A stretch of DNA of 64,000 bases from Epithemia pelagica. Lineage: Eukaryota; Protista; Bacillariophyta. The stretch spans positions 310,001-374,000 of the forward strand of contig OX337235.1 in the NCBI GenBank assembly GCA_946965045.2. Reading direction: 5' to 3'. Positions 54,238-64,000 of the stretch are shown one piece after another. The position numbers and the translations under genes are program-made. Position 1 is the first letter of the stretch. Every line of letters begins with the position of its first letter. The notes beneath the pieces were generated by a model, which was not told the DNA's origin, ran no database searches, and was given only the letters and a program-made list of their open reading frames with translations.

Positions 54238-54269
54238 ACTGAATAAATTTTGATATCCGATAGAACAAC

Positions 54270-54587
54270 TGTTGAAAAAGGAGACGAAGAAGGACCAACA
54301 AAGGGAACGGTCTTGCCGTCAACCCTCAATGATGATCGAAATCCCAATGACAATCCCAAGCAGGAAGAAAGCAGTGACGTACTGAGTGGCCCAGATAAGA
54401 AGGTGCCATGCCCAGACAAGAAGGTGTCATGGGCAAAACCCTCTTACGCGGAGATCGTCAAACGATCTCATTCTATTGAGTTAAAACGTAACGAGAGTAA
54501 TAGCAAGTGATTTCTAAAGGAAACACAGCGCACCTCCGTAGAAGAGCACCGGATCGTTGAAGACGAACCTCAGCCCTCCTTCCAACA
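54270..54587 (+). repeat. 5' LTR of element 3 (318 bp)
   Basis: Identical by eye to 60699-61016. Confidence 0.97.
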
Positions 54588-54601
54588 TTAACTCAATAGA
54601 A
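54588..54601 (+). promoter_or_regulatory. Putative self-priming PBS of element 3
   Basis: TTAACTCAATAGAA abuts the LTR and is the exact reverse complement of the LTR segment 54471-54484 (TTCTATTGAGTTAA). Confidence 0.78.
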
Positions 54602-54624
54602 AAGACTATCCTGAAGCATCCTGT

Positions 54625-55158
54625 ATGGAACGAGACAAAGTATTCCGAGTCCTATACGCCAAACAAGTCATCGAATCCCTGCACCGCCAGCGTGCCAGGA
54701 TCCACCAAGATCGGTCTCGGATTCTCACCCAATACCACAACGAATTGGAAGCGAACAGAGAAGCACAAGTGCGGAACGAAGAACGTCTTGGCGCCGCGTA
54801 TCAAACGCTAGAAAACGCCATTGACGACGAGGACGACGGATTGACTAGTGAGTCGAGTAGACGAAGCACTCCTCACCGAGCCAGAAGCGCAACAGTCTCT
54901 ACCGACGACTATTTCAAGGGTCCCGACGCAGGCGACAACCAAGTTGCTCGTGCTCGTGCGGAATACCAGTACCCTTCCGCAGTAACCTCCTACACTGCCG
55001 TGGCAGCCCCCGCACCACACAAGGTGAATCCGAAGCGGACAGCGAACCAAGAGAAGGACAGGGAGACAGCAGCGTCGAAGTCGTTGCCAGTCCCAATAAG
55101 GACAAAAGTAATCGAACCCGGAAGGCGGAACCAGACGCTAAGCCTGCAGCCAAAGTAA
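54625..55158 (+). CDS. Accessory ORF-A of element 3 (177 aa, N-terminal coiled coil)
   Basis: ATG 37 nt after the LTR; helical Q/E/R-rich N-terminal half, disordered C-terminal half. Confidence 0.55.
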   Translation: MERDKVFRVLYAKQVIESLHRQRARIHQDRSRILTQYHNELEANREAQVRNEERLGAAYQTLENAIDDEDDGLTSESSRRSTPHRARSATVSTDDYFKGPDAGDNQVARARAEYQYPSAVTSYTAVAAPAPHKVNPKRTANQEKDRETAASKSLPVPIRTKVIEPGRRNQTLSLQPK

Positions 55159-55273
55159 CCACCAGATCGGTGAGAGAGAAGCGCTCGAAGAAGAAACGAC
55201 GCACCAGGTAATCGATTACATAGGTACTCCCTGAACCCCCACGCGTCATTGCATTGTTTTCCCTGACGTTTTT

Positions 55274-55819
55274 ATGGCTGCACAAGACGACGACATTGAA
55301 GGCATCCTTTTCCGTCTCCAAGAGCTAGCCGCTGAGCAAGTAGTGCTCCTTGATCGTCTGTCTTCCCTTCGGGAGGTGGAGAGACTCACATCACCGACCG
55401 CGCCAAACGCGACGAGCCAAGGACCACAACACCAAGAAGAGACAGCAGAGGATTCTCGTGCTGACCGCACACAAGGAAGACTTAGTCCACACCACCCACG
55501 GGCAGATCAGAGTCTTTGGGGTCGGAATATCAGTGTGCGGCGTTTTAACCCAGGTGACGCTGTTGAGATACTCAACCCGGTACCACCAGAGGTCGAAGGA
55601 GGAGTGTCCACCCGAAGGGATCACACGGGTGTGACTTATAAGACAGCGGGAAACTGGGTCTACATTTACACCGACACCGGTAGATACATACAACGAGACA
55701 GGAAGAACGTTGCATTGTTGACGAGGGCCCGTGATGAGTACATCACCTCAATCGCAGGCGCCCCCCTCAGAAGGAGCGACCTCGAACGGTGGCAGTACCA
55801 CGAGCGGGCAATCGCCTAG
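55274..55819 (+). CDS. Accessory ORF-B of element 3 (181 aa; coiled coil plus KOW/SH3-like beta-barrel pattern)
   Basis: ILFRLQELAAEQVVLLDRLSSL; FNPGDAVEILN..TGVTYKTAGNWVYIYTDTGRYIQRDRKNVALL. Overlaps the gag start out of frame. Confidence 0.6.
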   Translation: MAAQDDDIEGILFRLQELAAEQVVLLDRLSSLREVERLTSPTAPNATSQGPQHQEETAEDSRADRTQGRLSPHHPRADQSLWGRNISVRRFNPGDAVEILNPVPPEVEGGVSTRRDHTGVTYKTAGNWVYIYTDTGRYIQRDRKNVALLTRARDEYITSIAGAPLRRSDLERWQYHERAIA

Positions 55820-58800
55820 TGGTGGTAACGGTAACCGGCAGGGTGGACGCAACGGCCGCGGTGGTCGAGGACGCCGCAATAACAACGGTGGAAGTGGTGG
55901 CACAAGAGGTCAGGGCAAGGCAAAGTTTAAAGGCGACACGTCTGCAATGAATGGGCATGTTTTCCAAGTATTCGCTGAATGCGACGACAAGCGACAGTTC
56001 GCGAAGACGATTGAAGCCCCCGGCGCGTATATAGCGAAGGAGTTGAAGTACCCTGACGACCTGGTCACCCTCACTCGGGATCTCGAGAACCCAACGATTG
56101 AAGAACCCCCGGAACCCCCTGAAGATGAGACGAGTCGAGTCCGCATTGCCATGTTCGAAAAGGAATGCCAACTCTGTGTGACTCGTCAACACGAGCTTAA
56201 TGGCAATTTACGTGCCATTTTTGCAGTGATCTGGGGCCAGTGTTCGGAAGCAATGAAGGCTAAGTTACAGGGTTTGGACGAGTTCAAGGAGCGTGAGCGA
56301 CGCAATGACTGTGCCTGGCTCCTCAAGGAGATCAAAGGCATTCGTCACCGCTTCGAAGAGAAACGCTACTACCCTTTGTCACTGCGTGATGCGCTGGCAA
56401 ATTTCTATAGCTACCGACAGGGTCCAGGAGAGTCCCTTTCCGATTACTTACAACATTTTCGCTATAACGTTGATGTTCTCGAGCATTACGGCGGCCAGGT
56501 TGGCGCCGATCCCGGCCTTCTTACCATGGTGGAAGAAGAGGACGATGAGTTAACCGGTGAACTCGAGTTTGCACGTGCGGCCAAGGATAGGCTCCTTGCA
56601 ATCCAGTTCTTACACAATGCCGACGGAAAGCGTTTCGGTGGGCTCCTCGTTGATCTCGAGAACCAACATAGTCGCAACACGGATCAATATCCCAGGGATT
56701 TGGCCAGTGCATACTCCCTCCTGGTCAGTTATCGGCCACCCAAGGTACCCACTCCTTCCCAGCCTGCCTCGGAGAACGCCTCCTCCTCATCCGGAGCGTC
56801 TTCGGGAGCACCCACCACTAGCGATGGCCTCCAGTTCGTCCAGAATGGGCCTCCTGTTCCTGGCACCGACGGTATTTTGCACGAAAACGTGAAGTGTTAT
56901 CGTTGCAAGGGCTTCGGCCATTATGCCAACGGCTGTCCAGTTTCCCCCGACGAGCTTCAGTTGCTCCAGTCCACGACCTCGTCCGGTTTCAGTTTTGCAC
57001 AAGCTGCCGTCTCCCTTCCGAAGTCTTGGGTGCTCTTGGACAGCCAATCTACCGTTTCTGTTTTTTGTAATCGGTCTCTCCTCATGAACATTCGCCCCAG
57101 CACTAACGCCATGACAGTCCACACCAACAGTGGCTCGCAAACGTCCCATCTCGTCGGCGACATCCCCAATTTCGGCACCGTCTGGTTCAATCCGGATTCT
57201 ATTGCCAACATCTTGTCGCTCGCCGCCGTTCGTCGCGTGTGTCGCGTCACCATGGACTCCGCTGGTGACGCGTCTTTCCTCGTCCATCGTACCGACAAGC
57301 CGCCCCTGGTGTTCCACGAGGTCAAAAGTGGCCTTTACGTTCACGACACCGCCGCTCCATCGGCCGTGCCCCTCACCTTTGTGTCCACCGTCTCGGCCAA
57401 CGCCGCTTCTTTCTCCCCCCGCGAGGTCGAAGGAGCGCAACAAGCCCGACGTCTATATCGTCTACTTGGTCGACCTTCGCAGCGCGATTTCGAAAGCGCC
57501 CTCAAGAACAACCTCATCCGCAACTCCCCCGTCACCGCCGACGACGCCAAGCGCGCCCTTATCATCTACGGGCCGGACGTTGCAGCCCTCAAAGGCAAAA
57601 CAACGAAGCGTAAATCCACTCACGTTCCCAGCATAACCCCGACTCCGGTTTCCCCCTCCATCAAAGACGCCCACGGACAACTCACTTTGTGTGCCGACGT
57701 ACTCTTCGTACAAGGCCTTCCTTTCCTTCATACCATTGCTCGCCACATCAAATTTCGCACAATTACTGCCATGAACACCAGTGGGAACCCCACCGCAACA
57801 CACATCATGAACGACCTACAGGGAATCCTGCAGATGTACCAGACACGTGGTTTCGTCGTCAGCGACCTACACGCCGACCTACAATTCGAACCGCTCAGGA
57901 ATCGTCTCCTCCCTATTCATCTCAACGTGGCTGTGCAAGACGATCACGTGGGCGACGTAGAACGATCCGTGCGAACAATCAAGGAGCGCGTGCGCTCCAC
58001 AGTTCACGGACTCCCATATAGGTGGTACCCCGTCATTATGGTCAAACAACTCGTTATACATGCGATCAAGTCGCTTAACCAGCTCCCCAGTGCAATCGGC
58101 GGTATCAGTCCCACGGAAAGTCCACGCAAGATTGTGACCGGTCTGCCTGACCCGGACTATTCGAAAATGAAGATCGAGTTTGGGCAATATGCCCAGGTGT
58201 TTGAAGACAACACACCGAGTAACACGAACGCCGCCCGAACGACCGGTGCCATCGCGTTGAACCCGACTGGAAACGAACAAGGAAGCTACCATGTCCCTCA
58301 CCACTGGGAGAAAATTGGCACGAAACCAGTGGACACCACTGCCCATTACGTCCGACGTTATCGAGCGCGTGCACCAGATGGCCCAAGCCCAACGACAAAA
58401 GGAAATAACAGGTGGAAACCTACTTTTTGAATGGGGCCCAAATGACGAGGTCCCCGATGACGACGCTGACGTCGAGGATACCGACGACGGCGACATTGGG
58501 ACACAACAAGAAGACGCGCCGGCAGACGAGGCAGTGGTATATGAGCCACCAGCACCACCAAACGACGTGCAACAACAAGATGAAGACGTACATGACAATC
58601 ACCAACCACCGGAACAAAACAATCAAGACGCATTAGTGGCAGAGGTGGCGGAAGTGAGCGAGAGTGAAGAGGGAGCCAGCGACAACGCTGACGAAACCAT
58701 GGAGATAGTGCTCGAGGAAGAAGCCGACAATAACAGCGAACCCCTGTTCCCGCAGGAAGATGTAGACACGCAAGAAGAAGGAGCGCAAGAGCCAGGAGCG

Positions 58801-60939
58801 CAGGAAGACTCTGCCACACAAGAGAACAATGCGGGTGTCTATAACCTGCGTGCGGATCGCGAGAGGTCCTATGAGCACAGGTACGACCACCAATACCTGC
58901 ATTTTGCGCTAGCACAAGTTGCAGCCCGCTTCTTGCCCGAAGCAACAATGAAGAAAATCAACAAAAACAACGCGTGGGATCTGGCGACGAGCAAGTACAT
59001 TCAGCCAAACCGCCCCAGTGTTGCGAATGCCACACAAAAAATACAGCGCGAGGTCATGCTGACCCAAATGAGTGCCGCTGCGGGCATCAAAAGGTACGGA
59101 CAACCAGCCATCGACGCGCTCCTCAAGGAATTTCTACAGTTGGATGAACAAGCAGTCTTCGATCCCAAACATGCACATGAGTTAACAAGAGAACAGAAGC
59201 GCGAGGCGCTTTGTTCTGTAAACCTCATCAAAGAGAAAAGATGTGGAAAGATCAAGGGGCGCAGCTGTGCCGACGGACGCCCACAACGCGACAAATATGA
59301 CAAAGGCTCAATCGCGTCTCCGGCATTGTCTAGCGATGGACTAATGTTCACACTCATGATAGACGCCATCGAGCGTCGGGACGTCGCAACAGCCGACATC
59401 GCGGGAGCCTATCTGAAGGCACTCATGCCTGACTTTGTTCTGATGAAACTAGAGGGACCCGTGGTCGATGTTTTTTGCAAGATGAACGAGGAATATAAGC
59501 AATACGTTACTTTTGAGAACGGAAAGAAGGTGATCTACGTGAGACTAAACAAGGCGTTATACGGCTGTGTTCGGTCAGCACTGCTGTGGTATGAGATGCT
59601 CCTTGGTGCACTGAAGGAAATGGGCTTCGAAGTTAACCCCTACGAACAGTGCGTAGCGAACGCCATGATCAACGGAACACAAGCAACCATTGCGTGGTAC
59701 GTGGATGATTTGAAGATATCACACGTACAAAGCGAGGTCGTGACGGACATCATCAAGGAATTGGAACGTCGGTTCGAAAAAATGACGGTAAGACGTGGAA
59801 ACGAACACACGTACCTAGGCATGAACATCGCATTCAAGGGTGACGGAACAGTCGAACTAAAAATGGAACAGTACATCGATGAGGCAATCGCGGCTTTCGA
59901 CGAACCAATCACCAACACGGCACCGACTCCGGCCAAGAAGGATCTTTTTGAGGTCAATCATACGGCTATGAAACTGCCAAAAGAGAAGGCCGATATGTTT
60001 CACAGCATCACGGCGAAACTCCTGTATATGTCAACACGCGCACGATCAGACATCCAGACAGCCATTGCTTTCCTCACCACACGTGTGAGCACATGCACCG
60101 AGCAGGACCGCATGAAGCTCAAACGCGTCCTTGAATACTTACATGGAACAAGAGACCTCACCTACATCCTCGCCGCCGACGACGTCCGGAACTTAGTGAC
60201 CTGGGTCGACGCATCGTACGCGATCCACTCCGATATGAAGAGCCACACGGGTGGTGTCATGTCACTCGGACGAGGAGCACTGGTGACGAAGTCCCGAAAA
60301 CAAAAGCTTAATACCAAAAGCTCCACCGAGGCAGAGGTTGTTGGTGCGAGTGACTACCTACCCAACACCATATGGGCTAAACGCTTCTTAGCCGAACAAG
60401 GCTATGACGTCAAAAGCACTTTCGCGCAAGATAATCAAAGCGCAATCCGACTTGAGAAAAATGGACTACGGTCCGCCGGGAAGCAATCCCGGCACATTGA
60501 CATACGCTTCTTCTTCATCAAGGATCGTGTCGAACAAGAGAACATTGAAATCTTTTACTGTCCAACGGAACAAATGTTGGCCGATTTTTATACCAAACCA
60601 TTACAAGGAGCCCTGTTTCGAAAATTTCGTGACGTGCTTTTGGGCCATAAGCACATCAACACACTAAGGGACAAGACCGCTCATATGTTGGAGGAGCGTG
60701 TTGAAAAAGGAGACGAAGAAGGACCAACAAAGGGAACGGTCTTGCCGTCAACCCTCAATGATGATCGAAATCCCAATGACAATCCCAAGCAGGAAGAAAG
60801 CAGTGACGTACTGAGTGGCCCAGATAAGAAGGTGCCATGCCCAGACAAGAAGGTGTCATGGGCAAAACCCTCTTACGCGGAGATCGTCAAACGATCTCAT
60901 TCTATTGAGTTAAAACGTAACGAGAGTAATAGCAAGTGA
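55734..60939 (+). pseudogene. Gag-Pol of element 3 with one frameshift at ~58290
   Basis: CYRCKGFGHYANGC; LLDSQSTVS; ADVLF..HAD..DVERSVR; ADIAGAYL; WYVDD; WVDASYAIH, STEAE, QDNQS. The frame changes between GSY and MSLTTG. Confidence 0.9.
60690..60698 (+). other. Polypurine tract of element 3
   Basis: GGAGGAGCG directly before the 3' LTR start TGTTG. Confidence 0.65.
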
Positions 60940-61016
60940 TTTCTAAAGGAAACACAGCGCACCTCCGTAGAAGAGCACCGGATCGTTGAAGACGAACCTC
61001 AGCCCTCCTTCCAACA
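60699..61016 (+). repeat. 3' LTR of element 3 (318 bp)
   Basis: Direct repeat of 54270-54587. Confidence 0.97.
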
Positions 61017-61755
61017 ACAACTGTCTACTCCTAGAACTTAACTATGCTCTTCTTGGGTTCACATATTTCTATGCTATCTTCCAGCTATCGATGCTACCCC
61101 TATCCAACATACCCCCCTTTTCCTCTCGGGGGAGCGGGAACTTTGAGTTCAAGGTCAAGGGGGGGGGGAATCAATCATTCTGGGGACACGGGAATACTGA
61201 TAGATCACATTTACGACCGGTCTATTCCACCAATGGTATCAAGGAGCCGAACCTCTGACGATGGGGATCAAAGTGGCAGTGCCACCTTTGAACATGTCCA
61301 CGATTGTACCTTCAACTTTGTGTACAACCCCGTTGGCAAGGCCTTGACCAAGGCCAACTAAGTTTGGGGGATTTTAGTATGTCTGTTATCTGTTCAATGC
61401 AAAGACGTTTTGAGCTCCGCTCCGTCTTTACTTGCACCATGATTCTGGGGAGTTAAACAGTATTCAGTCGAAAAGAATCACATTATCACACATGATTTTC
61501 TTTTGCATACTATACGTTGTAGGCGTCATTGTGGTGGTGTTAGAGATTCCATTAGGAACGAATCGGTAAGCAGAATGGGGAACGAATCGAAAACGACGCC
61601 ATACCGGTCCCCAAAGTTTGCTTGTCCATCTGGATTGTTTGGACAGCAACGCGACGAATGTCCCACAATCCGTGCGTTCCGATACATCCCTCCCTACGAA
61701 ATGCATGACACATGCAGTTGGAATCCTTACTGCTTTGCTTGTTCGCCATGTTTTC

Positions 61756-62930
61756 TTATACCGAAGCCACAAACGTAATCTCCTCATTGTCATTGTCACT
61801 GTACCGAGTATTGGTAGGATTGCTGGTGGTGCTATTAGTGTTGTGCTGGAAGGATCCCTGTGGAGCAGTGCTGGGCGGTTGGGTGGTGCTGGTTCCTTCG
61901 TAGCCGGTGATGCGTTTCCGCAGTGGCACCGATCCAGTTGGTGGTGGTGGAAGAGACGAGGAGGATGGTGCTGGTGGTTGGGAATACGAGTGTGGTGCTG
62001 GTGGTTGCGGCACTGGTGCTTGCGAGTAGTGTGGAGCTGGTTGTGGGGCCGTCAAGGACACGGCAGCATAGGCTGCGGCTGCTGTTGGTGCTGCTGTACC
62101 GGGTGCGGGTCCCGGCGCATGGGTCAACGTGGAAGAAGCTGGAGCCGTGGCTGCGGGTGCTGGTGGATAGGACGACAGAGGATAGTGAGTGGTTGGTGGT
62201 GGCGCTGTGGGGGCCGGGGGATAATAATAGGCCGTCGACGGTGGTGGTGGTGGATAGGCACTGTGAGCGGCTGCCGCTGCAGGTGGTGGTGGCAAGGCGT
62301 GATGAGGAGGAGGAGGATGCATGTGAGCATAGGGATAATACGGCGAAGCCGCCGCCGCCGTGGGAAGCGGTGGAGGAGCATGAGCCGTATTCGTGGGAGG
62401 TGCCTGAGACAGTCGGGCTCGTTTGGCGGCCGACTCTTGTTGTTGTTGTTGTTGTGTTGGAGCAGTTCCGGATGCATGGACCGCTGTCGTCGTGGTCAAC
62501 GTGGATGGAGAAGGAGCCATTGTCGTCGTCGGAGCGGTAGTTGTGGCCATGTAGTTGGTGGAGGAGGACGTTCCAAGTGGCTGGTGGTTTGTGGTGAGGG
62601 CCAAAGAATCAGATCTTTGTGGTTGTTGTTGTGGTGGTGGTTGGGAAAGAGGATAAGGATAGGATTGTGGATAGTGGGACGCCGGTGGATGGGATGGTGT
62701 ATAGGATGATGGTGTTGCATAGGAAGGGGCTTGAGGGGTCGATCGGGGAGCCAAAACTGGTGGTGGTGCTTGCTGTGTTTGTTGCTGTGCTGCTGGTTGT
62801 GAGGAAGCCGCAGTAGCAGCAGGAGTCGGTGCAGGTGGAGGATAGTTGTTCAATGTCGTTGGTATCGTGGTACTGCTACTAAACTTTTTGGTCATGTTGC
62901 GCCATTGTTGAAATTTCTCATCCTGCACGG

Positions 62931-62962
<32 letters not shown>

Positions 62963-64000
62963 GATGGCATTGGTGGTTGCGCTGGTCCAGATTGTGTGGT
63001 TGTTGCTAGTTGTGGTTGTTGCTGCGACTGTGGGGCTGATTGTGATTGCGGCACGGATGGATACGACGAGCTAGATGGCAACGAGGATTGGTGCAATGCC
63101 AATGGGTTATGGGGTATCGTCGTTGTCGTTTTTGGGGCAGGAGTAGTTGTGGTGGAACCTGCCGAAAAAAGTGGTTGTGCTGATTGTCCTCCGGGCAAGC
63201 CGGCTTTGGTACTACCAATGGTATTCGCAGCGACCATACTCCCCGTTGTCGCTGTCATTGTAGATGGCCTTGTGGTGGTGGTTGAATACACGGTCGACGA
63301 CGTTGGTTGCGCTGCCGGTGCGGGCATGGTCACGGACGCTGATGATGACGATAGTGCCTGTGGTACCAATGGTGTCCCATAGGATGGTAGTTGTGATTGT
63401 GTTGTTGTTGTTGGTATCAGCGACGCATGAGTCGAAAGAGGAGCATGCGATGAGGCATGAGGAGAAGGAGGCAAGGACGACGCGATTGCCAAGGGCATTT
63501 GCATGGAAGAAGCAGAATGGGTGGTGGTTGCCGTTGTCGCTGTGGATGATGGTCCTTGTAGGTTGGTTGCGGTGGTTGGTTCGAGACGATGCGCTGCGGC
63601 TCCACCCCGTAACAAGTCTTGAATGATACCCACGGTCCAAGTTCGACCAATGGTCAAATAGACATCGTCTGGTAACCGTTGCAAGGTGGCCGCATCGTGT
63701 TCTTGCAAGACGGATTGGATGCGGTCTTTGGAAATTTTGCCCAAGGCTCGATTCTTGTCAAAATAGGATTTGCGCACGACAAAGAGCCAGGTTCGAAATT
63801 GTCGAACCGTGGCGGGATTATTGTGGGACTGCCCCAACAACAAGTCGCGACAAAAGCCCTTGCCGCGACGCGGACTTTTCAGGTAATCCGGCAAGTGTTG
63901 CAAAATGGCGGTCCGAATGGTGCGATTGCCGACATGAAAATTGGTTTCGCCACCCCGACCGGCAATAAAAAAGTGCGAGGCAAATTCGGATTCCTTGACG
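61756..64000 (-). CDS. DUF6824-domain protein with long Q/T/P/A/Y-rich tail (5'-partial, continues beyond the window)
   Basis: Extending the frame by hand to the window edge gives FFIAGRGGETNFHVGNRTIRTAILQHLPDY..RRGK, the GRGG..N.H.GN signature. Confidence 0.8.

Larger units (their letters stand above)
54270..61016 (+). mobile_element. Ty1/copia (CoDi-type, same lineage as element 1) LTR retrotransposon, element 3
   Basis: 318-bp LTRs at 54270-54587 and 60699-61016 (TG..CA, no difference seen). TSD ACAAC at 54265-54269 and 61017-61021. Confidence 0.97.

Noticed and set aside
58281-58300. Programmed ribosomal frameshift
   Set aside because: No X-XXY-YYZ slippery site, it lies within integrase rather than at the gag/pol junction, and conserved residues are missing.
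61017-61755. Missing 5' exon of HIBADH; G10 run and small hairpins at 61112-61168
   Set aside because: No GxGxxG-coding segment was found on the minus strand, and the structure-like bits are too short to assign.

Overview
Eukaryotic genomic DNA, most consistent with a pennate diatom: CoDi-type Ty1/copia elements, DUF6824 proteins, short GT-AG introns and CAA-rich low-complexity genes. About a third of the window is three full-length copia LTR retrotransposons, each with TG..CA ends, near-identical LTRs and a 5-bp target-site duplication (TSD). Element 1 (1256-15275, minus) sits inside a host gene. Element 2 (5515-13898, minus) is nested in the gag-pol of element 1. Element 3 (54270-61016, plus) lies just 5' of a 3-hydroxyisobutyrate dehydrogenase fragment. 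Best signals: (i) elements 1 and 3 have no tRNA-like PBS; the 14 nt abutting each 5' LTR are perfectly complementary to a 14-mer inside that LTR, and each 14-mer sits 1 nt behind a small hairpin, suggesting a Tf1-like self-priming system in copia; (ii) element 2 instead has a PBS matching the anticodon stem-loop of tRNA-Asn (half-tRNA priming); (iii) two paralogous host genes fuse a CRAL-TRIO/Sec14-like domain to a canonical C-terminal bZIP, and element 1 splits one of them between the two domains; (iv) elements 2 and 3 carry accessory ORFs upstream of gag. The rest is host genes, one MITE and several tandem duplications. All family assignments come from motif recognition by eye; no searches were run.
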